NCBI GenBank assembly: GCA_022772525.1
Contig: JALFAD010000046.1
Span: forward strand, 56-64,055
Source of the DNA: Clostridiales bacterium
Lineage (GTDB): Bacteria; Bacillota; Clostridia; Oscillospirales; Oscillospiraceae
Reading direction: 5' to 3'
DNA length: 64,000 nucleotides
Position numbers and translations under genes: made by a program. Below the pieces are notes generated by a model that was given only the letters and a program-made list of their open reading frames with translations, was not told the DNA's origin and searched no databases. Position 1 is the first letter of the stretch. Every line of letters begins with the position of its first letter. This document shows, one piece after another, positions 38,781 through 49,347 of the stretch.

Positions 38781-39770
38781 GGTTACTTCACCCGCTAAGT
38801 TTTTCTGGAAAAGATCGGAAATCTCTTCCTGCGACATTCCCTGCCCGATGGCCCACATGAGCTTGGTCATGGCAGCCTCGGAGGTCATGTCCCGGCCCTG
38901 AATGACCCCCAGCTCCAGCAGCTTGCTGCCCACCTGATAAACCTCCAGATTGGCGCTGTCGTACAGGCACTGGGTGGTGACCACCACGCTGATCCCGTCC
39001 TCTACCGCCCGGCGGATGCCCCGCAGTCCACGGTGGAGCACGTTGACGCCGCCGAGGCCGAAGGCCTCAATGACGATGCCTCGATAGCCCATGGCTGCCA
39101 GCATCTCAAAGACCGCCGGGTTCAGGCCGGGGGTCAGCTTCAGCAGGAACACATCGCGGCTGATTTCCGGGCGCAGGGCGGGTTCTCCCCGGGAAACCGG
39201 CAGCACACGGGAATCCACCACAAGTCCCCGGTTACTGACCTGAGCCGCGTAGCGGGCATTGACGCTTTCAAAGGCGGAAAAGCCGGAGGCCCGAACCTTC
39301 ACCGCCCGGCAGCCCAGCATGACCTTCCGGTCAAAGGCCAGAAACACGCCGGGATGGCCCGATGCCGCCATGGCAAAAGCGGTGCGCAGATTGTCCGGCC
39401 CATCGGAGAGCATATCCGTCAGCGGCAGCTGGGAGCCGGTGAACACCACGGGCAGGTCAATATTCGGCAGCATGAACGTCACGGCGGAAGCGGTGTAGGC
39501 CATGGTATCCGTTCCGTGGGACACCACGATGCCGTCATAGCCGCTCCGTTCCTGAAAAATCCGCCGGGCAATGAGCTGCCACTCCTCCGGGCGGATGTTG
39601 GAGGAATCCAGGCACATCACATCGTCCACGATGATGTCATAGTAGGTACGCAGCTGGTTTATCTCCCGCTCCATAACTTCTGAGCGGTGCGGCTCCAAGC
39701 CGTCCCCGCCGGGCAGGGAGGCGATGGTGCCGCCGGTAGTCAGAAGCAAAATTTTCTTTTTGGGAAGCAT
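38760..39770 (-). CDS. ansA: L-asparaginase, type I
   Basis: TTGGTIAS, HGTDTMAYTA and TGSQ motifs. Confidence 0.92.
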   Translation of the reverse strand: MLPKKKILLLTTGGTIASLPGGDGLEPHRSEVMEREINQLRTYYDIIVDDVMCLDSSNIRPEEWQLIARRIFQERSGYDGIVVSHGTDTMAYTASAVTFMLPNIDLPVVFTGSQLPLTDMLSDGPDNLRTAFAMAASGHPGVFLAFDRKVMLGCRAVKVRASGFSAFESVNARYAAQVSNRGLVVDSRVLPVSRGEPALRPEISRDVFLLKLTPGLNPAVFEMLAAMGYRGIVIEAFGLGGVNVLHRGLRGIRRAVEDGISVVVTTQCLYDSANLEVYQVGSKLLELGVIQGRDMTSEAAMTKLMWAIGQGMSQEEISDLFQKNLAGEVTQMQNAK

Positions 39771-39874
39771 GATGAGCCTCCTTTGCTCTTTATCTTTGTA
39801 TTATAGCCCAATGAAGCGGAAATAGCAAGAAAAATCCCGGGAAAGGAAAATGGGAAGCGGCAAAAACCGCTTCC

Positions 39875-41188
39875 CTATTTCTTGTCTTCTTCCTCTTTCA
39901 TGGTCGTCCGCTCGTCGATTCGGGTCAGGGCATACTCCATGCCGCTCTTGCAGGAGTCCGTCACCTTATCGAGGAAATTGCCGTTGTAGGCCTGCAGCGC
40001 CGTGCCGATACGAACCACCCGGCGGTCATTATTGCCCACGCACTCATTTTCCCGGATGGTATAAATGGGGTGCAGGGTGTAGTCCGTCACCTTGGTGGTG
40101 CCAGCGTTGGCGTCCTTGGTAATCTCAAGGTCGAGAATCACGGAATAGTTGGTAGCGCCCCGGTCGGCTTCGCCGAAGAAGTCGCCCAGAGAATAGGCGA
40201 CCAGCGTACCCGCGCTCTTGTCAAATTCAATGGGCTGCAACGTGTGGGGGTGGGTGCCGATGATCACATCCACGCCGTTCTTTTGCAGCAGGGATACCAA
40301 CTGGGTCTGGGTTTTGCTGATGTCGTCGTTATACTCGCTGCCCCAGTGGAGCAGGGCAATGGTCAGGTCCGGCTTTTCCTCCTCCATGGACTTGAGAATG
40401 GAGGTAATTCGGGTTTTATCGATTTCCTTATACAAAGTGGTATAGTCGGTATAGAGGATGTTCACCAGATCCTCATTACCGGCTGGCATACCCCGCCCGC
40501 CAAGGCCCTTGGTGAAAGCCACGAAGCCCACCTTCACGCCCTGAATCTCCGTCATGGTGTAGCCCTTGGACTGCTTGAATTCCTCGGAGGAGGCAAAGGC
40601 ACCCACCGGCTCGATGCCCGCGGCACGAATGGCCCGGAGCGTTGCCGTCAGGCCGTTGAGGCCGTTGTTGATGGCACAGGAGTTGGCCATTTGCAGCAAA
40701 TCCACGCCGCAGCCCCGCAGGGCCTCCAGCAGCTCCGCCGGAGCGGAGGTCGTCTCAGAACCATAGGGCGCGCCGCAGATATTGCCCTCGAAATTCATCA
40801 CCGTCAGATCGGCGTCCGACAGGATTGCAGCCACATCCTTGAAAACAGGACTGAAGTCGTAGCTGTTCACCGCCATACCGGCGTTGACCACGCTGTCGGT
40901 GACATTCAGGTCTCCGGCGGCCTTAATGTGGATGGTGGTGATGGGGCTTTTCTGAATGGGTGTGGTCTCCCGGGTTTCCTCGGTGGCAGGTACGGTCTGC
41001 TGGACAGACGGGCTATCCTCTCCGCCGGCGTTTTTGGTGAGCTTATAGATACCAAAGCCACAGGCTGCCAGCAGCACCACCACCAGCATCAGTGTCAGCC
41101 GCATCCGAAGCACCTGCGCCTGACGGCGCTTGCGCTGGGCCTCCCGCTTCTGGCGGCGCTTTTCCATTCCATCGTCCTGCTGCGGCAT
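39875..41188 (-). CDS. CapA-family metallophosphoesterase-fold protein
   Basis: AAGD, NFEG, LHWGSEY, GTHPH and YSLGDF; N-terminal membrane anchor. Confidence 0.88.
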   Translation of the reverse strand: MPQQDDGMEKRRQKREAQRKRRQAQVLRMRLTLMLVVVLLAACGFGIYKLTKNAGGEDSPSVQQTVPATEETRETTPIQKSPITTIHIKAAGDLNVTDSVVNAGMAVNSYDFSPVFKDVAAILSDADLTVMNFEGNICGAPYGSETTSAPAELLEALRGCGVDLLQMANSCAINNGLNGLTATLRAIRAAGIEPVGAFASSEEFKQSKGYTMTEIQGVKVGFVAFTKGLGGRGMPAGNEDLVNILYTDYTTLYKEIDKTRITSILKSMEEEKPDLTIALLHWGSEYNDDISKTQTQLVSLLQKNGVDVIIGTHPHTLQPIEFDKSAGTLVAYSLGDFFGEADRGATNYSVILDLEITKDANAGTTKVTDYTLHPIYTIRENECVGNNDRRVVRIGTALQAYNGNFLDKVTDSCKSGMEYALTRIDERTTMKEEEDKK

Positions 41189-41271
41189 GGTAATCCCTCC
41201 CTTTGTGCATGCGGTCACGCCGCAGTTATCCGCTTCTTTCGATTAACAGATAAATTGAATTTGGCGTATCA

Positions 41272-41416
41272 AAGCCTTCCCCTTTGGGGAAGGTGCCCCC
41301 GCAGGGGGCGGAAGACGGCGGTACTGCTTTCAATGCACAGCAGAGGTTCGGCGAAAAGGTGTTTGCCTCTTCCGACCTCGCTTACGCTCGGCCACCTTCC
41401 CTAGAGGGGAAGGCAT
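41272..41416. repeat. Family-B palindromic element
   Basis: GCCTTCCCCTTTGGGGAAGG ... CCGACCTCGCTTACGCTCGGCCACCTTCCCTAGAGGGGAAGGC. Confidence 0.8.
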
Positions 41417-41487
41417 TGGCCCGCCAAATTACAATTTACCTATACAATGATTGTTATTATACCTTATTTCCCATCACAAAACAAGGG

Positions 41488-42402
41488 CTAGAAATTGAAC
41501 GTTGTTTGAACATGCCGTTCCCGGAAGTATTCCCGCGTCTGCTCTGCGTTTCGGACGATTTCCGCCTTCAGGGACTGCAAATCCGGGAATTTTCGCTCCG
41601 TGCGCAGGAAACGGTAGAATTCCAGCGTGATTTCCCTGCCGTACAGGTCGCCTTCATAGTCCAGAATCCAGGGCTCCACTGTCACATCCTGTCCGTTTAC
41701 CGTAGGCCGCGTGCCCACGTTCGTCACAGCAGGATAGACCTTTCCGTCAATGACGCACTGACAGGCATACACGCCGAATTTCGGTACCGCCAGTGACTGC
41801 GGCAGATGCAGATTGGCGGTGGGAATTCCCAGTGTGCTGCCCAAATGCCGTCCGTGGATTACCTGTCCGGTGAGAATGTGGGGGTGGCCCAGAAATTTCA
41901 CTGCCGTGGTCATTTCTCCGTTTTCAATCAGCGCCCGGATATGGGTGCTGGAAATGCGAATGCCATCCAGCGTCTGCTCCGGCACCACGGCCCAGGGAAT
42001 GCTCTCCGCCCGGCAGTAAATAGCCAGCAGTCCCGCGTTGCCCGCGCCCCCGGCGCCGAAGCGAAAATCCGCGCCGCAGACAAAGCCCGCCGCGTCGTAA
42101 TCCCGGCGCAGCAGCTCCAGAAAGTCCTTCCAGTTGGTATCCCGCATTTTTCGGTCAAATGGCAGCGTCACCACGCTGTCCACACCGTAACGCTGCCGCA
42201 GCAGCCGCTCCCGGTCCTCCGGGGTGTTGAGAAGGCGGGGCGTCTGCCCCATCACCAGCGTGTCCGGATGGGCGGAAAAGGTCACCACACCACTGTTCCT
42301 TCTGCCTTCCCGGGCAACCTCCCGGCAGGTCTCGAGCAGAGCTGCGTGGCCTATATGTACGCCGTCAAAAAAGCCCAGCGCATAAATCATCTTGTTCTTC
42401 AT
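41488..42402 (-). CDS. ribF: Bifunctional riboflavin kinase/FAD synthetase
   Basis: GFFDGVHIGH, ISST, GIPTAN and NVGTRPT motifs. Confidence 0.95.
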   Translation of the reverse strand: MKNKMIYALGFFDGVHIGHAALLETCREVAREGRRNSGVVTFSAHPDTLVMGQTPRLLNTPEDRERLLRQRYGVDSVVTLPFDRKMRDTNWKDFLELLRRDYDAAGFVCGADFRFGAGGAGNAGLLAIYCRAESIPWAVVPEQTLDGIRISSTHIRALIENGEMTTAVKFLGHPHILTGQVIHGRHLGSTLGIPTANLHLPQSLAVPKFGVYACQCVIDGKVYPAVTNVGTRPTVNGQDVTVEPWILDYEGDLYGREITLEFYRFLRTERKFPDLQSLKAEIVRNAEQTREYFRERHVQTTFNF

Positions 42403-42428
42403 ACTTTTCAAGTCCGTTTAACAGAATG

Positions 42429-42575
42429 TGCCTTCCCCTTTGGGGAAGGTGGCACGGCGAAGCCGTGACGGATGAGGCGCAGAAACCGCCAAAACATATC
42501 TCAGGTCTTCGGCGAATCCGTAATGCTTCCACCCCAGTGTGCGCTACTTCCACACCCTCCCCGGAGGGGAAGGCA
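42429..42575. repeat. Family-B palindromic element between truB and ribF
   Basis: TGCCTTCCCCTTTGGGGAAGG ... CCCTCCCCGGAGGGGAAGGCA. Confidence 0.8.
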
Positions 42576-42577
42576 TT

Positions 42578-43438
42578 TTATACTGCAAAGAAACTTTTGA
42601 TCGTCGTCATTACCCCGTTCTCCACCTTCGCCAGCATGAGAAATTCTCCCGACTGGCTGTAGGCCCGGAACGTGCCCTCCGGCAGCTTCACCGAAAAAGC
42701 GTTGCCGTTGCGGCAGCGGATCTCCTGATTGGCGGTGAGGGTCACAGCGGGGTAATTGCGGAACATGGTGTCCACACTCCGCAGATATTTAGCGGCTTGG
42801 GTGGTGTCAAGCAATTCCTGTAGGGGAACCGCCTCATCGATGGTATACTCTCCCGCCGACACCCGGCGCAGGGATTCCATGCAGCCACCGCAGCCCAATT
42901 CCTCGCCGATGTCCTTGCACAGCGTGCGGATATAGGTGCCTTTTGAGCACCGCACACGCAGTCTCAGCGTATTTACACCCCGTTCCAGCAGGGTCAGCTC
43001 GTGGATGGTAATGGGCCGGGGCTGCCGTTCCACGGTTTTTCCCTTCCGTGCCAGATCGCACAGCTTCTGCCCGTTCACCTTCAGGGCCGAGTACATGGGC
43101 GGAACCTGCATAATTTCGCCCCGGAAGGCTGCCAGCGCCGCTTCAATCTGTTCGTCTGTGACAGACACAGGCGTCTCAGTCAGTACGGCGCCGGTAATGT
43201 CCTCGGTGTCGGTGGTCAGCCCTAACCGAAGAACCGTTTCATAGGTTTTTTCCGCGTGTTCAAAGAATTCCACGCCTCTGGTGGCCCTGCCCACAAATAT
43301 CGGCAACACGCCGGTAGCCATGGGGTCGAGCGTGCCGCCGTGACCGATACGCCGGGTGTGAAACACCCGCCGCAGCCGGGCGGTCACATCCTGACTGGTC
43401 CAGTTCTGAGGCTTGTCTACAATTACAATTCCGTCCAT
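42578..43438 (-). CDS. truB: tRNA pseudouridine(55) synthase
   Basis: GHGGTLDP, PPMYSA and CSKGTYIR motifs. Confidence 0.97.
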   Translation of the reverse strand: MDGIVIVDKPQNWTSQDVTARLRRVFHTRRIGHGGTLDPMATGVLPIFVGRATRGVEFFEHAEKTYETVLRLGLTTDTEDITGAVLTETPVSVTDEQIEAALAAFRGEIMQVPPMYSALKVNGQKLCDLARKGKTVERQPRPITIHELTLLERGVNTLRLRVRCSKGTYIRTLCKDIGEELGCGGCMESLRRVSAGEYTIDEAVPLQELLDTTQAAKYLRSVDTMFRNYPAVTLTANQEIRCRNGNAFSVKLPEGTFRAYSQSGEFLMLAKVENGVMTTIKSFFAV

Positions 43439-43439
43439 G

Positions 43440-44390
43440 TTATTTCAATTCCAGCATGGCCTTTTCCACGGCCTCTGCCGCTTCCCCGAGGGGCATCTTC
43501 AGGCTGGCGCCTGCCGCGCCCTTATGTCCGCCGCCGCCGAATTTCTCGGTGACTTTGGCAGCGTCATAGCCGGGCACTGCCCGGACGGAAATCTTAGTGT
43601 CGCCGTCTGCGGTCTCCCGCAGCGTCGCCGCAACGCACACCCCCGCCACGGTACGGGGGAAAGACGAAATGTTGTCCATATCGTCCGGGGTCACGCCCAA
43701 TTCTTCCTCCACCGCTCGGGGGATGGCACAAATCGCCATTTTTCCCACTGCCAGCAGCTTCATATGCTCCACAATCCACCCCTGCATTTTCAGCTTGCCC
43801 AGCGTATTCGTCTCGAACAGCTCCTGATTCAGCTCGTAAATGCGGGCTCCAGCCTGGGCGCATACCGCGGCAGTCTCAAAGGTGTGGGCAGTGGTATTGG
43901 AGTAGCGGAAGCAGCCGGTGTCCGTGGAGGTTCCCACGTATACCGCTTCCGCAATGCCCTGGTCGGCCTGCACGCCCATCAGGCTCAGCACGTCCCAGAT
44001 CAGCTCCGCGCAGGAGGCGCTGTGAGGGTCGACCAATTCGGCATCGGTAAAAGACGTGGCGCTTCCGTGGTGGTCGATGCGCAGGGCGATTTTTCCCAGC
44101 AGGGGCTGGAACGCTTCCGGCAGCATGGAAGGAGAGGCCACATCGGTGCTGACGATGGTTTCATTCCCTTCCGGCGCGGATTTTGTCAGGCCCTCATGAA
44201 GCCACCGGAACCGCTGGGAAACCTCTTTATTTTCCAGTACAAAGGCGGTTTTCCCCAGCTGCCGCAGTCCCAGGCACAGGGCGGTGGAAGAACCGGTGGT
44301 GTCGCCGTCGGGGCGGCGGTGGGACAAAATCAGGTAGTTGTCGTGCTCCAGCAGGAACCGGGCCGTCTCACTCCGGGTCAGACGTTTCAT
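43440..44390 (-). CDS. DHH/DHHA1 phosphoesterase (NrnA-like)
   Basis: HRRPDGD, IDHH, TDTG and GGGGH motifs. Confidence 0.9.
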   Translation of the reverse strand: MKRLTRSETARFLLEHDNYLILSHRRPDGDTTGSSTALCLGLRQLGKTAFVLENKEVSQRFRWLHEGLTKSAPEGNETIVSTDVASPSMLPEAFQPLLGKIALRIDHHGSATSFTDAELVDPHSASCAELIWDVLSLMGVQADQGIAEAVYVGTSTDTGCFRYSNTTAHTFETAAVCAQAGARIYELNQELFETNTLGKLKMQGWIVEHMKLLAVGKMAICAIPRAVEEELGVTPDDMDNISSFPRTVAGVCVAATLRETADGDTKISVRAVPGYDAAKVTEKFGGGGHKGAAGASLKMPLGEAAEAVEKAMLELK

Positions 44391-44736
44391 CGTGCTTCAC
44401 CCCCAGAGAATTGATCAGCTCCAGCATCTTTGCGCCGTAGGTGATGGAGTCATCCTCCTCCCAGACGATTTCCGGTGCGTAGCGCAGCCGCAGATTGCTG
44501 CCCAGCTGGCGGCGCAGATAACCGGCGGCGGATTTTAACCCAGCCATGGCCTCCTTGGCCTTCTCATTCTGAAGGAAGCTGACATACACTTTGGTATAGC
44601 GCAGATCGGGGGTAGTCTCCACCCGGGTGATGGAGATCATCACGTCCTGCACCCGGGGATCCTTCACCGTCCGCAAAAGAGCCGACAGCTCCTTCTGGAT
44701 TTCTTCGTTAATCAGCAATATTCGATTGGATGCCAT
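44368..44736 (-). CDS. rbfA: Ribosome-binding factor A
   Basis: VKDPRV and LRLRYAPE..DDSI; follows infB. Confidence 0.95.
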   Translation of the reverse strand: MASNRILLINEEIQKELSALLRTVKDPRVQDVMISITRVETTPDLRYTKVYVSFLQNEKAKEAMAGLKSAAGYLRRQLGSNLRLRYAPEIVWEEDDSITYGAKMLELINSLGVKHDETSDPE

Positions 44737-44761
44737 GTTACATCCTCCTAAACACGTTAAC

Positions 44762-44886
44762 TCGGCTCCCCTTTCAGGGGAGCTGGCAAAAATCTTTGAT
44801 TTTTGACTGAGGGGTTTCCCGAGTCTGGGACTGGATAACCCCTCCGGCTCGGCGCAGCCGAGCCACCTTCCCTGCAAGGGGAGGCA
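44762..44886. repeat. Family-B palindromic element between infB and rbfA
   Basis: GGCTCCCCTTTCAGGGGAGC..GACTGAGGGG ... CCACCTTCCCTGCAAGGGGAGGC. Confidence 0.8.
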
Positions 44887-44924
44887 AGTTTTGCCGCGCC
44901 GCGGGGGCGGCGCGGCAGAAAACC

Positions 44925-47306
44925 TTATCTCTTGACTTCCTGCATGGTGAAGCACTCGAAGATATCGCCCTCGCGGATATCGTTGTACTTCGCCACGGTC
45001 ATGCCGCACTCAAAACCGGCGCTGACTTCCTTGGCAGCGTCCTTGAACCGCTGCAAAGAGCCAACCTCGCCCTCGTGGACGACGATGTTGTCCCGGAGCA
45101 CCCGCACCTGAGCATCCCTCGTGACCTTGCCGTCCTTGACCATGCAGCCGGCAACGGTGCCGATGGCGGAGACCTTGTAGGTCATGCGCACCTCGGCGTG
45201 GCCGATGACCACTTCCTCGTACTTGGGGGCCAGCATACCCTTCATGGCGGCCTCGATCTCGTCCACGGCATCGTAAATGACCCGGTAGAACCGCATATCC
45301 ACGTTGGCCCGGTGGCCGGAGGCCTGAGCGGCGGCATCAGGACGGACGTTGAAGCCAACGATGATGGCGCCGGAGGTGGAGGCCAGCAGGATATCGCTTT
45401 CGTTGATGGCGCCCACGCCCGCGTGGATGACCCGGACACGGACTTCCTCGTTGCTCAGCTTCTCCAGAGACGCCTTGACGGCCTCGGCGGAGCCCTGCAC
45501 GTCTGCCTTGACGATCAGGGGCAGCTCCTTCATTTCGCCCTCCTGCATCTTGGCGAACAGGTTGTCGAGAGTGACCTTCTGCATGAGCTTGGCGGCGGCA
45601 TCCTTCTGGGCCTGGCGGCGCTGCTCCACCAGTTCCCGGGCCATGCGCTCATCGATAACGGCGTTGAACTCGTCGCCGGGAGTGGGCACGTCAGCAAGGC
45701 CGGTGATCTCCACAGGCACGGAAGGACCGGCGGTCTTGACGGTGCGGCCCTTGTCGTTGGTCATGACACGGACACGGCCCACTGCGGTGCCGGCGATAAC
45801 GATATCGCCCTGCTTCAGGGTGCCGTTCTGCACCAGCAGTGTCGCCACGGGGCCCCGCGCCTTGTCCAGCCGGGCCTCGATCACAACGCCCTTGGCGCGG
45901 CGGTTGGGGTTGGCCTTCAGCTCCTGCACCTCGGCAGTCAGCAGAATCATTTCCAGCAGCTCGTCCAGGCCCTGACCGGTCTTGGCGGAAATGGGCACGA
46001 TGATGGTATCGCCGCCCCATTCTTCGGGCACCAGGTCATACTTGGTCAGCTGCTCCTTGATTTTGTCGGGGTTGGCGGTGGGCTTATCCATCTTGTTGAT
46101 GGCAACGATGATGGGAACCTGCGCCGCTTTGGCGTGGTTGATGGATTCCACGGTCTGGGGCATGATGCCGTCGTCGGCGGCAACCACCAGAACGGCAATG
46201 TCGGTGGACTTTGCGCCACGGGCACGCATGGAGGTGAAGGCCGCGTGACCGGGGGTATCCAGGAAGGTGATCATCTTGCCGTTTACATCGACAGTATATG
46301 CGCCAATGTGCTGGGTGATACCACCGGCCTCGCCCGCAGTCACAGAGGTTTTGCGGATGGCGTCCAGCGTGGAGGTCTTGCCGTGGTCGACATGGCCCAT
46401 GACCACAACCACAGGGGCCCGGGTCTCCAGCTCCTCGGCGGTATCCACATGGTCGTCAATGATCTTTTCCTCAATGGTGACGGTGACTTCCTTTTCCACC
46501 TTGCAGCCCATTTCGGTGGCGACAAACTCGGCGGTGTCGAAGTCGATGGTCTGGTTGATACCGGCCATAACGCCGTTCTTCATCAGGCACTTGATGACCT
46601 CGCCGGCGGTCTTCTTCATCCGGGAAGCCAGTTCGCCAACGGTGATTTCATCGGGAATCTTCACGGTGACGGGCGCCTTGCGGGCCACCTCCATCTGAAG
46701 GCGGCGCATCTTCTCCTGCTCCTCGTTGCGGCTCTTGTTGCCCCGGAAGTTACCCTTCTGCTGCTTGTTTGGCTGCTTGCCCTTGCCGCCGCCGATACGC
46801 TGCTTACCGCCCTGATAGTTCTGAACCCGCTCGGAGACCAGATTATCCACGTCGGCAAAGCGGTTGGCGTTGACCTGCACGGCGGAGGTATCCACCACAC
46901 GGCGCTCCCGCTTGCGTTCCGGCTCCTTGGGCTTGTCGGCCTTGGGGGCCGCCTGCTGCTGGGCAGCGGGGGCGGACTGGGGCTTTGGCGCATTCTGAGG
47001 ACGGGCATTATTCTGGGTCTTGGACTGCTGGGCTGCAGGTTTCGCGTCCTTGTGGGGTTCGGGCTTATTCTCTGCCTTGGGTTCCGCCTTGGGAGCGGTG
47101 GGCTTCACCGCGAAGATCTGCTCCATGGAGCTGATCTGATGGGTCTGGGTCATGTAGTCGAATACCACATTCAGCTCCTCGTCCGTCATGACCTGGGTAT
47201 AGGACTTGGGCTTCTCGCCGAACTTTCCGACAATCTCCGAAATCTCCTTGGGAGCAACGCCGAAATCTGCGGCGACCTCCTTCACACGATACTTCACAAA
47301 ACTCAT
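44925..47306 (-). CDS. infB: Translation initiation factor IF-2
   Basis: [21 protein letters not shown] and NKMD motifs. Confidence 0.98.
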   Translation of the reverse strand: MSFVKYRVKEVAADFGVAPKEISEIVGKFGEKPKSYTQVMTDEELNVVFDYMTQTHQISSMEQIFAVKPTAPKAEPKAENKPEPHKDAKPAAQQSKTQNNARPQNAPKPQSAPAAQQQAAPKADKPKEPERKRERRVVDTSAVQVNANRFADVDNLVSERVQNYQGGKQRIGGGKGKQPNKQQKGNFRGNKSRNEEQEKMRRLQMEVARKAPVTVKIPDEITVGELASRMKKTAGEVIKCLMKNGVMAGINQTIDFDTAEFVATEMGCKVEKEVTVTIEEKIIDDHVDTAEELETRAPVVVVMGHVDHGKTSTLDAIRKTSVTAGEAGGITQHIGAYTVDVNGKMITFLDTPGHAAFTSMRARGAKSTDIAVLVVAADDGIMPQTVESINHAKAAQVPIIVAINKMDKPTANPDKIKEQLTKYDLVPEEWGGDTIIVPISAKTGQGLDELLEMILLTAEVQELKANPNRRAKGVVIEARLDKARGPVATLLVQNGTLKQGDIVIAGTAVGRVRVMTNDKGRTVKTAGPSVPVEITGLADVPTPGDEFNAVIDERMARELVEQRRQAQKDAAAKLMQKVTLDNLFAKMQEGEMKELPLIVKADVQGSAEAVKASLEKLSNEEVRVRVIHAGVGAINESDILLASTSGAIIVGFNVRPDAAAQASGHRANVDMRFYRVIYDAVDEIEAAMKGMLAPKYEEVVIGHAEVRMTYKVSAIGTVAGCMVKDGKVTRDAQVRVLRDNIVVHEGEVGSLQRFKDAAKEVSAGFECGMTVAKYNDIREGDIFECFTMQEVKR

Positions 47307-47372
47307 TCTATAAAAGCACCTCCATAGTTGGATACGCGAGTGGTATGGAATCAAGTCAAACGACTTGAATAT

Positions 47373-47783
47373 TTACTTCTTCCCTTTTCTCAAATTCCGC
47401 TGATGGGCTTTTGCTTCCGCCTGCCGCTTTTTGGCCTTGGCGGCTTTGGCGGTGAGCACCTCCAGCACCTGAGGTTCTGCCTTGGGCAGGGCCTTGACCA
47501 GCGCCAGAGCCAGCTGCACATCGGTGATGGCGGCAATGGCAAGACTGGTTCTGCCCACAGCCATTCCCATCTCATCCTTGGTGGCATCCACGCGGACGCA
47601 CTGCTGCTCCGTGCCCGCGGCGAAGGACTTTGCCTGCCGCCAGGTGTGTTCGGAGGCATCCGACGCCACCAGAATCACGTAGGCCTTCCCTGTTCTGGCA
47701 ATGGCGCCTACAGGCTCCTCGCCCAGCTCCGCCATGCCGCCCTTCCGGGCAAGGGAGAGGTAGTTCAGCGCCTTATTCTCCAC
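47373..47783 (-). CDS. L7Ae/YlxQ-family RNA-binding protein
   Basis: LSLARKGG..GEE and LVASDAS. GTG start follows GGAGG; position fits the nusA operon. Confidence 0.85.
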   Translation of the reverse strand: MENKALNYLSLARKGGMAELGEEPVGAIARTGKAYVILVASDASEHTWRQAKSFAAGTEQQCVRVDATKDEMGMAVGRTSLAIAAITDVQLALALVKALPKAEPQVLEVLTAKAAKAKKRQAEAKAHQRNLRKGKK

Positions 47784-48045
47784 GGCCCGCCTCCATTTCC
47801 TTCTCCAGCCGGGCGTAAACATCCTCGGGGATGGTCACTTCCAGGCTGCGATCCAGCGCCTTGGAGCGCAGCGCCTTTTTCAGGCACTCCGGGTTGGGGC
47901 ACAGGTAGGCTCCCCGTCCGTTCATCTTTCCGCCGAAGTCCAGGCAGACGTTACCCTCGGGGGTACGAACCACCCGAATGAGCTCCCGCTTGGCCTTCCG
48001 CTCCCGGCAGCCCATACACTGCCGCTGGGGGATTTTCTTCTGCAT
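47773..48045 (-). CDS. ylxR: YlxR (RnpM) family protein
   Basis: PQRQCMGC, LIRVV and GRGAYLC motifs. Confidence 0.93.
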   Translation of the reverse strand: MQKKIPQRQCMGCRERKAKRELIRVVRTPEGNVCLDFGGKMNGRGAYLCPNPECLKKALRSKALDRSLEVTIPEDVYARLEKEMEAGRGE

Positions 48046-48067
48046 TTGGACTACCCCTCCTTTGTAT

Positions 48068-48152
48068 AGATACGAGATACAAGATAGAAGATACAAGATA
48101 TTTGATACAAAGAGACCGCCGTTCTCTATCTTGTATCTGGTATCTAATATCT
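48068..48152. repeat. Inverted AGATACA heptamer arrays between nusA and ylxR
   Basis: Same family as 11066-11158. Confidence 0.8.
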
Positions 48153-48159
48153 AAACGAA

Positions 48160-49335
48160 TTACGCTTCCCCGCTGGTTTCTTCCGCAGCGGTTTCCGCTT
48201 CCTCAGGCTCCTCGGCGGGTTCTGCGGGTTCAGCCTGAGAGGCGGGCTTGATGTCGATTTTATAGCCGGTGAGGCGGGCTGCCAGACGGGCGTTCTGGCC
48301 CTCCTTGCCGATGGCAAGGGACAGCTGGTCATCGGGCACGATAACACGGCAGGCCTTCTGGCCGGGGATCAGGCTGACAGAAATCACGTCGGCAGGACTG
48401 AGGGCGCTGCGGACATACTCGCAGGGGTCCTCGCTCCACACCACGATATCGATTTTCTCGCCGCCCAGCTCTTCCACTACGGCGCCCACACGTCCGCCCC
48501 GGGGGCCGACACAGGCGCCCACGGGATCTACGCCCTCCATGGTGGCGCGAACCGCCATCTTGGAGCGGGAACCGGCTTCCCGGGCGATGTTGCGCACTTC
48601 CACCTGACCGTCGGCGATTTCGGGGGTCTCCAGCTCGAACAGGCGGCGCACCAGATTGGGATGGGTGCGGGACACCTGGATCAGCGGGCCGCGGCCCATC
48701 TTATGGACTTCCAGCACGTAGACGCGAATCAGGTCGCCTTCCTTGTGCTTCTCGCCGGGAATCTGCTCGGAAGCCCGGAGGATCGCATCGGATGTCTCAT
48801 TGCCCTGGCCGATGCGGATGAACATATCTCCGGTATTGGGGTCGATCCGCAGCACGGTGCCGGTGAGCAGCTCCTGTGCCTTGGAAGAATAGGACTCGTA
48901 CATGACGCCCCGCTCGGCTTCCCGGATGCCCTGAATCACCACCTGCTTGGCGGTCTGGGCAGCGATGCGTCCGAATTTCTGAATGTCAACCGGGATGGCA
49001 ACGGTGTCACCCACGTTCACGTTGGGGTTAATCCGCCGGGCGGCGTCAATATGGATTTCCAGCGCCAGATCCGTCAGCTCGTCAACGACGGTCTTGATCT
49101 GGAACATACTCAGGCCTTCTTCGCTGAGGTTCACCACCACATTCTCGGCGGGAACGTCCCGGTGATCCTCCCGGTCCTTGCGGTAGGCGTTGGTCAGCGC
49201 CTGCTTCAGACGCTCCACCATATAGTCCACGGGAATGCCCTTGACCTTCTCCAGCTCCCGCAGGGAAGCGAAGATTTCCGCGCCAATGTCTACCTTGGGC
49301 GCTTCGGCCTGCTTCTTGGCTGTCTTTCTTGCCAT
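48160..49335 (-). CDS. nusA: Transcription factor NusA
   Basis: FGRIAAQTAKQV, AREAGSRSK and AIGKEGQNARLA motifs. Confidence 0.97.
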   Translation of the reverse strand: MARKTAKKQAEAPKVDIGAEIFASLRELEKVKGIPVDYMVERLKQALTNAYRKDREDHRDVPAENVVVNLSEEGLSMFQIKTVVDELTDLALEIHIDAARRINPNVNVGDTVAIPVDIQKFGRIAAQTAKQVVIQGIREAERGVMYESYSSKAQELLTGTVLRIDPNTGDMFIRIGQGNETSDAILRASEQIPGEKHKEGDLIRVYVLEVHKMGRGPLIQVSRTHPNLVRRLFELETPEIADGQVEVRNIAREAGSRSKMAVRATMEGVDPVGACVGPRGGRVGAVVEELGGEKIDIVVWSEDPCEYVRSALSPADVISVSLIPGQKACRVIVPDDQLSLAIGKEGQNARLAARLTGYKIDIKPASQAEPAEPAEEPEEAETAAEETSGEA

Positions 49336-49347
49336 GTTCGTGCCTCC

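Noticed and set aside
44737-45009. Apparent 91-aa N-terminal extension of RbfA
   Set aside because: It runs through a family-B repeat and the end of infB. The real start is the ATG at 44736 after a GGAGG RBS.
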